A program made the position numbers and the translations under genes. Positions 10,570 to 19,834 of a stretch of 64,000 bases of DNA are shown piece by piece (within the stretch, counting starts at the first letter, position 1; every line of letters begins with the position of its first letter). The notes under the pieces are model-generated. The model saw nothing but the letters and a program-made list of their open reading frames with translations. It searched no databases and was not told the DNA's origin. This DNA is from an uncultured Gemmatimonadales bacterium (GTDB lineage: Bacteria; Gemmatimonadota; Gemmatimonadetes; Gemmatimonadales; Gemmatimonadaceae), in NCBI GenBank assembly GCA_963793305.1, contig CAWBZV010000005.1:864001-928000 (forward strand), written 5' to 3'.

Positions 10570-12644
10570 TCATGAAACGATTCGTGAGCGTGATGCTGCT
10601 CTCCAGCGTCGCCGTAGGATGCGAGCAGCGCGCGGCGAGTACGTCGGAGGCGAACGGAGCCGTCGCCGAAACTGCGCCGTATCCCGACGCCGAGATTCTG
10701 GCGCACGCCGCCGACGATGCGGGCGATTGGATCCTGCCGGCCAAGTCCTATAGTAGCAATCGCGTGACGACACTCGGCGACATCACGCCGGACAACGTGA
10801 CGCACCTCAAAAAGGCGTGGGTCACGAAGCTGGCCGACGACGGCCAGCAAGAGGCGGCCCCGATCGTCTGGCGTGGCGTCATGTACCTGTCGACGCCCCA
10901 CAATCACATCCTGGCGCTCGATGCCGCGAGCGGCGCGCTCAAATGGGAAAATCCGTACACCGCTCAGTACACGATTCTCTATTTCGTCAATCGCGGCGTG
11001 GGCTTCGCCGACGGCAAGGTGTTCGAGGCGACGCAAGACTGTCATCTGATCGCGGCCGACGCAGCCACCGGCAAGACGCTGTGGAACGTGCGCGGGTGTG
11101 TCGACACGACGAACAGCCTCTATTCCATGGCCGCGTATCCCTATGACGGGAAGGTGCTCGTGGCCAATGGCGGAGGGGACAACGGGACCCGCGGGCATGT
11201 GCAGGCATTCAACGCCGCGGACGGCGCCGGTGCGTGGGATTGGGAAACCCTCAAACACGACACCTGGCCCGGCAACTCATGGGAGCATGGGGGCGGCGCC
11301 GTGTGGAGTGGCATGTCCGTCGACCCGGACACGCATACGCTGTTTCTGCCGGTCGGAAATCCGGGCCCCGATTTGATCCTGGCCGGCCGCGAGGGACCGG
11401 ATCTCTATACCAACTCCATCGTCGCGCTCGATGTGTCGACCGCCACGCCGCGCGTCAAGTGGTACTCGCAGCTGGTGCAGAACGACACGCACGACGTCGA
11501 TCCTTCCATGGCGCCCGTGCTGTTCACGGGCCGAGTCGATGACCACGCCCGCGCGATGGTGGCGATCGGGAACAAGGGCGGCGAGCTGTTCATGTTCGAT
11601 CGCACGACCGGCCAGTTGATCCATAAAGTCGTGGTCGATGATGACTACAACTTGTTCACCAGCGTGCCGACCCCGCAGGGAACGGTGGCGTGTCCGAACC
11701 ACGGCGGCGGCATAGAGTTCAACGGTGTCTCGTACGACTCGGCCACGAATCTCATATTGATTCCGAGCACGGACGAGTGCGGCGACTGGAAGACTACCGC
11801 GGCGACGGCGACCTACGTGCCAGGCCGGGCCTACACGGGTGGCAGCCTGCCGACACGCCGCGACGGTACCGGTGTCCTCACCGCCGTCGACGTTGCCACG
11901 GGCCGAGTCGCCTGGCGCGACTCGCTCGGCTTTCCAGCGCAAGGCGGTGTCACCCTGACGACAACCGGCCTGGCCTTCACGAGCGATCTCTCCGGACGCG
12001 TCTACTCGTTCGATATCAGGACGGGCAGGGAGCTCTGGCGCGATTCGACCGGATCGTCCATTGTCGCGCCGATCTCGATCTATCGTGCCAACGGCCATGT
12101 CTATGTCGCCGTGGTGAGCGGGGAAGCGGGAGCGCAGACGACGCCGAACTTGCCGCCGGCGAACGGCAGCGTCGTCACCGCGTATGCATTGGACGCAACT
12201 CGTCCTATCGTCAACTCGTCCGCGGACCAGGTACAGAGCTCGCAGCAAATCCAAGCTCCAGGCGAGGGCGGAGGCGCTCCGGCGAGTTCCGGCGCGGCGC
12301 CGTATACGTCGGCGCAGGTACAGACGGGCAAAACCGTCTTCTCGACTCAATGCGCCTCGTGTCATGGGACCCAGCTGCAGGGCATCTCGGCGCCGGGTTT
12401 GACCGGCCCGGGTTTCGGGCGCGGCAACATCAACCTTTCGGCGCTGCGCACGATCGTCACACAGACGATGCCCGCCACGGCGCCTGGCTCACTCACCCCC
12501 GATCAGTACGCGGCGGTCATGGCCTATCTGCTGGCGTACGATTGCGTGACGCCGAGTGGCAACGGCGCCGTGCCGTTCCCGACCACCGATCAACCGGCGT
12601 TCAAGGGCGTCACGATCGGCGGACGTTCGTGCCCAGTGAAATGA
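10566..12644 (+). CDS. PQQ-dependent dehydrogenase lipoprotein with C-terminal cytochrome c (quinohemoprotein-like)
   Basis: Lipobox AVGC; PQQ propeller motifs (ALDAASG..KW, VNRG, GGGAVW, GNPGP, YTNSIVALD); single CASCH heme motif with downstream Met (TMP). Confidence 0.85.
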   Translation: MIMKRFVSVMLLSSVAVGCEQRAASTSEANGAVAETAPYPDAEILAHAADDAGDWILPAKSYSSNRVTTLGDITPDNVTHLKKAWVTKLADDGQQEAAPIVWRGVMYLSTPHNHILALDAASGALKWENPYTAQYTILYFVNRGVGFADGKVFEATQDCHLIAADAATGKTLWNVRGCVDTTNSLYSMAAYPYDGKVLVANGGGDNGTRGHVQAFNAADGAGAWDWETLKHDTWPGNSWEHGGGAVWSGMSVDPDTHTLFLPVGNPGPDLILAGREGPDLYTNSIVALDVSTATPRVKWYSQLVQNDTHDVDPSMAPVLFTGRVDDHARAMVAIGNKGGELFMFDRTTGQLIHKVVVDDDYNLFTSVPTPQGTVACPNHGGGIEFNGVSYDSATNLILIPSTDECGDWKTTAATATYVPGRAYTGGSLPTRRDGTGVLTAVDVATGRVAWRDSLGFPAQGGVTLTTTGLAFTSDLSGRVYSFDIRTGRELWRDSTGSSIVAPISIYRANGHVYVAVVSGEAGAQTTPNLPPANGSVVTAYALDATRPIVNSSADQVQSSQQIQAPGEGGGAPASSGAAPYTSAQVQTGKTVFSTQCASCHGTQLQGISAPGLTGPGFGRGNINLSALRTIVTQTMPATAPGSLTPDQYAAVMAYLLAYDCVTPSGNGAVPFPTTDQPAFKGVTIGGRSCPVK

Positions 12645-12653
12645 GGTAGCCAC

Positions 12654-14006
12654 GTGCTCACTCCGCTACTCGCGCTGGTGCTCCAGGCGCCGCTCCCCGA
12701 TCTGCCGACGGCGCGATCGCCGGTGACGATCACCGCGGCGACGCTGCCGGACGGACGCGACGGATACGTGTACGACGGGAACCCCGTGCCGCCCGTGATC
12801 CGCGTCGATCCGGGCGCCCGGCTCGAGGTAAGCCTGATCAACGCGATGACACTGCCGTCGCGCGAGCCGTGCGTCATGGATCCGTGCATGCAAGCGACCA
12901 ACCTCCACTTTCACGGCATGGGCGTGTCCCCGGTCGGGCACGCGGACAACGTGCTCGGGCTATCGGCTCGACCGGGCGACACGCTGCACTACGCGGTCGA
13001 GATTCCGCGCACGCATACGCCGGGCCTGTTCTGGTACCATCCGCATCCACACGGCGAGAGCGACCGTCAGATCAACGACGGCATGTCGGGGGCGATCATT
13101 GTCGAAGGAATCGAGCGGTTCGCGCCGGCGGTTCGCGGACTCCGCGAACGTGTGCTCGTATTTCGTTCGGTGCGAGATACTGTGGCGGCCCGCGCGGCGC
13201 TCGACTCGGCCGCCCAGACGTGCGGCTCCGAGCCCGAAGCACCGGAGATCGCTTGGACGATCAACGGTGTCGCCGAGCCGTCGATCGACATCGCGCCCGG
13301 GGAGCGCCAGTTCTGGCGAATCGTGAACGCGAGTGGGGATGGGTTTCTCGACCTGGCGATCGACGGCGCACCGTGGGAGATCGTCGCGCTCGACGGCTCA
13401 CCGCTGGGCGGACCGCCGCATATGGCGCAACACGTTTCGATCCCGCCGGCTGGTCGACTGGAGGCGATCGTCACCGGACCGTCCGCTGGCGCCGCGCTGC
13501 GGACGCGGTGCGTCGACACCGGGCCGGACGGCGACCCGGCTCCCGCGATGGTCCTCGCCCATATCGTAGCGGGTACCGGCCAGTCGCATCCGTCGCTTTC
13601 GTCCGCGATCCCTCGCCGGCAACGTATCCCGGACGATGCGCTGGCGGCGCAACGACGGCAGCCCGAGGCTGTCGTGACCTTTACCGAGGACGCGGGCGGA
13701 TTCTATATCAATGCGCGCAAGTACGATCCGACTGACAAAGCGATGTTCACCGTGCGCGTGGGATCATTCGTGCATTGGCGGGTGGTGAACCGCACCCGGG
13801 AGGTGCATCCCTTTCACATTCACCAGGTGCATTTCCTGACGCCCGATTCGCTGTGGCTCGATACGATCACCGTACCACCGGGGGATTCGTTGGATATTGT
13901 TCTCGACGCGAGGAATCCCATCATTCGCGGGCTGTCAGTTTTCCATTGTCACATGATCCGGCACGAGGACAAGGGTATGATGGCCAAAGTGCTGTTCACT
14001 GAGTAA
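12654..14006 (+). CDS. Multicopper oxidase
   Basis: Four Cu motifs: TNLHFHG, WYHPHPH, HPFHIH, HCHMIRHEDKGMM. Confidence 0.9.
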   Translation: MLTPLLALVLQAPLPDLPTARSPVTITAATLPDGRDGYVYDGNPVPPVIRVDPGARLEVSLINAMTLPSREPCVMDPCMQATNLHFHGMGVSPVGHADNVLGLSARPGDTLHYAVEIPRTHTPGLFWYHPHPHGESDRQINDGMSGAIIVEGIERFAPAVRGLRERVLVFRSVRDTVAARAALDSAAQTCGSEPEAPEIAWTINGVAEPSIDIAPGERQFWRIVNASGDGFLDLAIDGAPWEIVALDGSPLGGPPHMAQHVSIPPAGRLEAIVTGPSAGAALRTRCVDTGPDGDPAPAMVLAHIVAGTGQSHPSLSSAIPRRQRIPDDALAAQRRQPEAVVTFTEDAGGFYINARKYDPTDKAMFTVRVGSFVHWRVVNRTREVHPFHIHQVHFLTPDSLWLDTITVPPGDSLDIVLDARNPIIRGLSVFHCHMIRHEDKGMMAKVLFTE

Positions 14007-14790
14007 ACCAGGACAGGATCTCCTTCGAGTACGCGTCGGTCGCTTCTTCCCAAGCGCGGTGGGCAGCCTCTAACAAGACGAGGCGACTGTGAGGCAAGCG
14101 ATCAGCGAGCAATTGATTGTTCGCGGGCGGAACGATCGGGTCGTTCTTGCCGGCGATGACGAGGACCGGCGTTTGGATCTGCCCCAGGCGCTGTTCCAGT
14201 ATCGGCAGGTCCTCCTTGTAGGCGCGGACATATTGCGCCGCGTTCTCGAATCGCTGACCGGCGGACGCGGCGCGGTAGTCGTCGATAATGGCGGGGGGCG
14301 TCACCTGGGCGGCTTGCTTCAGGTAGTCCGCGACCGCGTCCGCTCCATCGATCGACGCGAACGCGCCTTTCGGAGATTCAATGGCCGCCTTGAGCACGGG
14401 TCCCGCCAGATCGACGCGCGTTGCCGCGCCGCCAACCGCCAAGCGCGTAAACAACGTCGGATGGTCCGCGGCTGCGAACAGGAACGCCAACGCGCCAACG
14501 TCGGGACCGACACCGTATAGCCGCTCGAGTTTCAGATACGCCGCGACTTTAACCAGAAAGGCGCCCGTAGCCCTGGGCGACATCGCATCGGGTCGGCTCT
14601 CGGACAGTCCGAAGCCGGGGAGATCGATCGCAATAGTGAGATAGTTATCGACGAAATAGGGAAGAACGCGATGAAATGAGTAGAGGCTTTCAGGCCACGG
14701 GCTCGTGAAAAGGACCGGCGGTCCATCCGGGCGACCGCCTCGCGACAATCGAATGCGCAGACCGTCGATGGTCTCGGTGGTGACGTTCAC
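13996..14790 (-). CDS. Alpha/beta hydrolase (Asp-nucleophile type)
   Basis: IAIDLPGFGLS, GPDVG elbow, PVLVIAGKNDPIVP, AAH. Confidence 0.85.
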   Translation of the reverse strand: MNVTTETIDGLRIRLSRGGRPDGPPVLFTSPWPESLYSFHRVLPYFVDNYLTIAIDLPGFGLSESRPDAMSPRATGAFLVKVAAYLKLERLYGVGPDVGALAFLFAAADHPTLFTRLAVGGAATRVDLAGPVLKAAIESPKGAFASIDGADAVADYLKQAAQVTPPAIIDDYRAASAGQRFENAAQYVRAYKEDLPILEQRLGQIQTPVLVIAGKNDPIVPPANNQLLADRLPHSRLVLLEAAHRAWEEATDAYSKEILSWFTQ

Positions 14791-15656
14791 AGGTCCGACG
14801 TGAGAAACGCCTCAGCTTGCCGCGTGAATGAGTCATGAAACTGGAAGAGCGAGCCGTGTCCCGAGTCCGGATACGTCAGCAGGATAGCATTGGGCAGGTT
14901 CTCACTGAGCCAATACGAGTTCCGCACCGGGATCATCTCATCGTGCACGCCGTTCACGACAAGCGTTGGTTGGCGAACGCCTCTCAAGTCCGCGAAGCGC
15001 TCGCCCGTGAAGCGCTCCCAGTCGCGAAATGCCGCGATCTGCGCTTGTGCGACCGCCGGTCCGGACGCGGACTCTCGATCCGCTTTCCGTTGGCCGAGCC
15101 TCTCGACGAACGCCGCGCCGGCCGCCTGGCTCGATGCCGTGGGCGCGAAGAAGATCTTTTGCAATACCGCGTAACCGCGCAGCGTCGGGTCGCTCAGGGG
15201 TCTCGCGAGGCTGGGCTTGTCGAGATGCATGATGTCTTCGCCGCCACGCGGCCCGGTGCCGACGAGGATCATCCGGCGGAAGATCGACGGCCGACTGCGC
15301 ACCATGTCCTGCGCGACCATCCCGCCGAGCGAGAATCCGAGGACGTCGCAGGTGGCGATGTGGAGGCCATCGAGAAACGCCAACGCATGCGTCGCCATGC
15401 CGGCGACCGTAGTCGGCACCGTCCCGCTCGAGCGTCCGATCCCGGCGTTATCGAACAGAATGACGTCGTGTCCCGTCGCCAGCACGTCGGTGACCGCCGG
15501 GTCCCAATTGTCGAGCGTCCCCGTGAAGTGTTGCAGCAAGAGGAGCGGAAGCCCTGGCCCCGCGCCGAACCGGCGATAGGCGTACCGTTGACCGCCGACA
15601 TCGAGGAACTGCGTCGGGGCGGTGATATTGCTCTGCGTCAGCGTCTCAGTGGCCAT
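14787..15656 (-). CDS. Alpha/beta hydrolase
   Basis: FDNAGIGRS, GFSLGG elbow, NG..DEMIP, YPDSGHG. Confidence 0.88.
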   Translation of the reverse strand: MATETLTQSNITAPTQFLDVGGQRYAYRRFGAGPGLPLLLLQHFTGTLDNWDPAVTDVLATGHDVILFDNAGIGRSSGTVPTTVAGMATHALAFLDGLHIATCDVLGFSLGGMVAQDMVRSRPSIFRRMILVGTGPRGGEDIMHLDKPSLARPLSDPTLRGYAVLQKIFFAPTASSQAAGAAFVERLGQRKADRESASGPAVAQAQIAAFRDWERFTGERFADLRGVRQPTLVVNGVHDEMIPVRNSYWLSENLPNAILLTYPDSGHGSLFQFHDSFTRQAEAFLTSDL

Positions 15657-15774
15657 GCGAGAATCCTAGAGCAACCCGCGGGCCAGCGCTAAGTCTTTTG
15701 ATGGCAGCGCGTTCGATCGGCGGAGATCTGCCGAACTTTCAGAAATTGCCGAGACTTCGTCGTATTGTTCTCGA

Positions 15775-16233
15775 ATGAGAGAGCGCGAGTTCGACGAGCA
15801 GACACTCGATGTCCGCCGGGCGTGGCCGCTGTTCTGGCGCGCGATTCGCCTCCGGTGTCCGAACTGCGGCGGCGGGAAGATCTTCGCTACGTGGCTCACG
15901 CTCAAACCGAAGTGTCCGACGTGTGGCATCGATCTCGATCGCGCCGAGGACGACTATTTCATCGGCGCGTATCTGTTCAACCTCATCGCGGTCGAGCTCT
16001 TGGTCGCGGCGGCGCTGACGGTCGTCGGGGTGCTCACCTACCCGCATGTGCCGTGGACGGCGCTCCAGTACTCCACGATCGTGCTCGTCCTTGGCGGCGC
16101 CTTCGCGTGCTATCCGTTCGCGAAGACGACGTGGCTCGCCTTTGACCTCATGCTCCGACCCGTCACGCCCGAGGAGATGGAGTGGTACCGGACGGGTGGA
16201 ACGTCGGCCGGCCGCGATCTGCCCCAACTATAG
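15775..16233 (+). CDS. DUF983-like Zn-ribbon membrane protein
   Basis: RCPNCGGGKIF and KCPTCG pairs followed by two TM helices. Confidence 0.75.
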   Translation: MREREFDEQTLDVRRAWPLFWRAIRLRCPNCGGGKIFATWLTLKPKCPTCGIDLDRAEDDYFIGAYLFNLIAVELLVAAALTVVGVLTYPHVPWTALQYSTIVLVLGGAFACYPFAKTTWLAFDLMLRPVTPEEMEWYRTGGTSAGRDLPQL

Positions 16234-16265
16234 ATCGAGGACGCCACCGCGCCACCCTGGGCTGC

Positions 16266-16688
16266 TCATTCAGCGGCGCTGGAGCCAGGTGGGGTCGCTT
16301 CCCAGCTGCCAGTGATGTCGATCGGCCACTCCTCCGGTCGCTCTTCTTCGGGCAGATGAGGGCGATACATGATCACCTTCGCGCGCTCGAGGGTGATCAA
16401 CCCTCCATCGATCATCGTGTCGAGCTCGGGGAGTATCGCCGCAATCCGCTCTTCGGTCTCGACGCATTCCACGACGATCGGGAGATCGAACGAGAGATAC
16501 TCGAGGCGGTCCGTGTGCAGGACGGCGTTGGCGCCGAACCCCATGACGCCACGGAATGCGGTCGCCCCGGCGTACCGCCGCTTTCGGAGGAGCTCGATGA
16601 TGGCCTGATACAACGGCTGGCCTTTGTAGTGATCGCGCTCGCCGAGATGAATGCGCATGAGAACGCGCTCGCCCTTGAACCCGTGCAT
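16266..16688 (-). CDS. DUF190 (PII-like) protein
   Basis: LMRIHLGERD, GATAFRGVMGFG, LSFDLPIVVE, GLITLE; GGAGGAG Shine-Dalgarno. Confidence 0.85.
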   Translation of the reverse strand: MHGFKGERVLMRIHLGERDHYKGQPLYQAIIELLRKRRYAGATAFRGVMGFGANAVLHTDRLEYLSFDLPIVVECVETEERIAAILPELDTMIDGGLITLERAKVIMYRPHLPEEERPEEWPIDITGSWEATPPGSSAAE

Positions 16689-16703
16689 CGGCTCCTCCCG
16701 TTT

Positions 16704-17117
16704 TTACAAGTCGAGCGGCCCCGGCGTATCCGTGGTTTGCCCGACTTCGATCAGATAGCCGTCCGGATCACGCATGTAGCACCGTATCTCTGTTTCATGA
16801 ACCTTCGGCTCGGTGACAAACTTCCCACCGCGCGATGACCAGAGGTCATAGCACCGCTTGATGTTGGTGACGCGGAGATTCAGAAAGTAGCTCAAGACGT
16901 TCGGATCGCGCGGCGGCGACGCGACGACATCGGGTTTATCATCGGTTGGCCCGCCACCGAGGGCGATGATGATCCACGTATTCCCCAGTTGCACGTACGT
17001 CGGCTCCCCATCATCCACGACGGTAGCCCCCAGCACGTCGCGATAAAACGCCACCGATCGAGCGATATCGCGAACGATTACCGTGCTCGTCACTCTGAAC
17101 TGCGGTTCCGTTATCAT
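16704..17117 (-). CDS. VOC/glyoxalase family protein
   Basis: VRDIARSVAFYRDVLG and RDPDGYLIE motifs; ATGA overlap with upstream ORF. Confidence 0.85.
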   Translation of the reverse strand: MITEPQFRVTSTVIVRDIARSVAFYRDVLGATVVDDGEPTYVQLGNTWIIIALGGGPTDDKPDVVASPPRDPNVLSYFLNLRVTNIKRCYDLWSSRGGKFVTEPKVHETEIRCYMRDPDGYLIEVGQTTDTPGPLDL

Positions 17118-17341
17118 GGCGGACCACCCTGTTCTTTCCAGGTCTTGAACCTCGCACACGCTTCGGCAGTCCACCGCGGCTCGCCAGCGCTCGGCGGAGG
17201 CATGTGCCCGCTCAGCACGGCCTCATAGATCGCATCGGCGTGTGCGAAGACGCTGTCGCGATCGGAAAGGTCCATTGCCTTCTTCATGTGGGCTACATCC
17301 ATGTCGGTGAACATGGGACGGATATCGGATGCGAAGCTCAA
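17114..17341 (-). CDS. Small hypothetical protein
   Basis: AGAAGGAGG Shine-Dalgarno before TTG start; coupled to the VOC gene; SF..DIRP.F...D..HM...DLS...MPP...W pattern. Confidence 0.65.
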   Translation of the reverse strand: MSFASDIRPMFTDMDVAHMKKAMDLSDRDSVFAHADAIYEAVLSGHMPPPSAGEPRWTAEACARFKTWKEQGGPP

Positions 17342-17353
17342 AATACCTCCTTC

Positions 17354-17398
17354 TGTCTATCGTTTGTCCAGTTTTTGTCCTTGACATAAGCTAGTCAA
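17354..17398. promoter_or_regulatory. Candidate CarH-type operator 1 over divergent promoters
   Basis: TGTC at 17354/17365/17376 and GACA/GTCA at 17383/17394 (11-bp period); contains TTGACATAAGCTAGTCAA; minus-strand TTGACT-N17-AAAACT promoter candidate. Confidence 0.65.
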
Positions 17399-17437
17399 GA
17401 TGGTATATATGTGTTGGCGGTTGGGCCCGGAGGGCTG

Positions 17438-17929
17438 ATGCAAATTCGACGCTATGTCCCCATCCTCGTCGCGCTCGCGACGCTCGTGGTGGTTGTCTCC
17501 TGCAGCTCGATCAGCCAGCGGAAGGTAGCGCAGATTGGCCCGCAGGATCCCCTCGGCAGTGCACACTGGACCGGCACATTGACGATGCCGAGCGGGTCGC
17601 ACGGCGCGTACGACGTGTCCGGCACGGCGTCGCTGGTTCGCAATGGACCCGGCAGCAGTGTGGCGACCGTCGTGATCAGCAACGCGGTACCCCGAGGATT
17701 CCATCCGTGGGAAGTCTACCGCGGACAGTGTGGCCATGACGCGAGCTTGATCGGCGTGTTGAGCGCGTATCCGTGGCTCGCTGTCAAGGACGACGGCACG
17801 GCCTCCGCCACCGCGACATTGGCCTCTGAGCTGTTGGTCGGCGACTATCACGTCAACGTGAACGCGTCGCCGACGGACAAGGCGACGATCATCGCCTGCG
17901 GCAATGTTGCGGCACCCAGCGGTACGTAG
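17438..17929 (+). CDS. Lipoprotein of CHRD/Cu-Zn-SOD-like type, paralog A
   Basis: GGAGG Shine-Dalgarno, lipobox-like VVSC, HPWEVYRGQCG, YHVNVNAS, IIACGN. Confidence 0.7.
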   Translation: MQIRRYVPILVALATLVVVVSCSSISQRKVAQIGPQDPLGSAHWTGTLTMPSGSHGAYDVSGTASLVRNGPGSSVATVVISNAVPRGFHPWEVYRGQCGHDASLIGVLSAYPWLAVKDDGTASATATLASELLVGDYHVNVNASPTDKATIIACGNVAAPSGT

Positions 17930-17945
17930 CGCGACCACGTGACCC

Positions 17946-18398
17946 ATGCCCACACCGGGTAGAGACCGCGCCCGCGAGCTGGCGTGCCAACTGCTCACTC
18001 GCGAAACATTGGCGCCGCCGGGCGCCGACACGACAAACGGAGCCGACCGCGTCTGTCGACGCGCGTCCGACGAGCTGTCCCGTTGGATCGGTACCGATGG
18101 ATGTCGCGCCCTCTTCGCGCGCGCGTTGGCCACGGCCCAGGCCGAGGGCGGTCATCCCGTACTCGACACGGTGCGAACGAGCGCCCGGTCGGTGTACTGC
18201 CTGGACGGTCTGAGTGACGCCGCGGCCCGCCATGGCGCGGCGGCCGCTACCGATGGCGCGGCGGCCGTGCTCGCGGCGCTTATCGAGCTTCTCGGCCGAC
18301 TGATCGGAGATGATATGGCGTTGAGTCTTCTGGAACAAAGTGCGTACGCCCGTCCCCCGACCCCCGCCCGCGCCCGTCGCGGACAGGTGACCCCATGA
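17946..18398 (+). CDS. Hypothetical protein coupled to the KaiC-like ATPase
   Basis: ATGA overlap with next gene; LSRWIG..G..ALFARAL and LIELLGRLIG helices. Confidence 0.65.
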   Translation: MPTPGRDRARELACQLLTRETLAPPGADTTNGADRVCRRASDELSRWIGTDGCRALFARALATAQAEGGHPVLDTVRTSARSVYCLDGLSDAAARHGAAAATDGAAAVLAALIELLGRLIGDDMALSLLEQSAYARPPTPARARRGQVTP

Positions 18399-19834
18399 TG
18401 ATTCACCTCGTGGGGCGCGACGACGAGATACGCGAGGACGAGATAGTGGATGGGTCGCTCATCGGATCCGTGCTGACGGCCGTCCCTGGTCTCGATGCGG
18501 TGCTGCGCGGCGGACTGCCGGAGCTCTCGTTCAACCTGATCGCCGGCGGACCAGGCGCCGGAAAAACCACGCTGGCGCAGCAGATCGTGTTCAGCAACGC
18601 CACCGTCGAGCGCCCCGCGCTCTATTTCACGGTGCTCGGCGAGCCGACCCTCAAGATGCTGCGCTACCAGCGGCAATTCCGCTTCTTCCAGTCAGACCTC
18701 GTCGGCACCGCCGTGCATTTCATCAATCTGGCCGAGGAAGTGCTGCGCGACGATCTCGCCGCGGTCCTCCACCGGATCGTCGACGAAGTCGAGCGCATCG
18801 GCCCGGCGTTCGTGGTCGTCGACTCGTGTCGCACCCTCGGCCTCCACGCATCGGGGCGGCAGACTCCCGACGCGATGGGCATGGAGCAATTCGTGCAGCG
18901 GCTCGCGCTCCAACTCACGACGTGGGAAGTGACCTCCTTTCTGATCGGCGAATACGCCGCGCCCGACCTCGCGAATCCGCTCTTCACCGTGGCCGACGGC
19001 ATTCTCTGGCTCTCGCAAGCGCCAGAACGCAACTCGGTCGTCCGCAAGTTGCAGGTGGTCAAGATGCGCGGGCGGGCTCCGATACCAGGTCTCCACACGT
19101 TCCGGATGACCGACCGCGGCATCCAGGTCTTTCCACGTATTCCGGGACACCAGGAAGCGCGCCGCCCGCGACGCCAAGAGCGGCTCGCCACCGGCGTCCC
19201 GGGACTCGATGCCATGACGGGCGGCGGCTATCCCGCGGGTGACGCGGTCTTGATCACCGGACCGGCCGGCAGTGGAAAGACGATGTTCGCCACGCAGTTC
19301 CTGGCCGATGGCCTCACGCGCGGCGAGGCCGGAGTCGCGGTCGTCTTCGAGGAATATCCGGACGCTTATCTCGCCCGAGCGACGGCGTTGGGTCTCGACC
19401 TCCAGGCGATGACCGAGCGACACAAGCTGGCCGTCATCTATCTGCGCCCGCTGGATCTCTCGGTCGATGAAACGCTGGCCGCCATCCTCGATGCCGTCGA
19501 GCGCCTCGGCGCGACGCGCGTGGTCATCGACTCATTGTCGGGGTTCGAGGTGGCGCTCGCTCCGACTTTTCGCGACGACTTTCGCGAGTCGCTCTATCGG
19601 CTCGTCGGGGCACTCACGGCGACGGGTGTCACCGTTCTCATGACCGCGGAAACGCCACTCGAACGCGTGTCTTTCGTGACAGACGACATCATCGTGCAAC
19701 GATATGTGGAGATCGCCGGTGAGCTCCGGCCCATGCTGGCCGTCGTCAAGATGCGCGGCAGTGCACATAGCAGAGACTATCGCGCGTATGAGATCACCGC
19801 GCGCGGTGCGGTCGTCGCGGATGCCGGTGCATAA
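18395..19834 (+). CDS. Double-domain KaiC/RAD55-family ATPase
   Basis: Two Walker A motifs (GGPGAGKT, GPAGSGKT), VVVDS/VVIDS Walker B, two VVKMRG motifs, TGVPGLDAM. Confidence 0.9.
   Translation: MMIHLVGRDDEIREDEIVDGSLIGSVLTAVPGLDAVLRGGLPELSFNLIAGGPGAGKTTLAQQIVFSNATVERPALYFTVLGEPTLKMLRYQRQFRFFQSDLVGTAVHFINLAEEVLRDDLAAVLHRIVDEVERIGPAFVVVDSCRTLGLHASGRQTPDAMGMEQFVQRLALQLTTWEVTSFLIGEYAAPDLANPLFTVADGILWLSQAPERNSVVRKLQVVKMRGRAPIPGLHTFRMTDRGIQVFPRIPGHQEARRPRRQERLATGVPGLDAMTGGGYPAGDAVLITGPAGSGKTMFATQFLADGLTRGEAGVAVVFEEYPDAYLARATALGLDLQAMTERHKLAVIYLRPLDLSVDETLAAILDAVERLGATRVVIDSLSGFEVALAPTFRDDFRESLYRLVGALTATGVTVLMTAETPLERVSFVTDDIIVQRYVEIAGELRPMLAVVKMRGSAHSRDYRAYEITARGAVVADAGA

Noticed and set aside
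18395..19834. Circadian clock locus
   Set aside because: No kaiA or kaiB in the window and the ST phosphosite is not conserved
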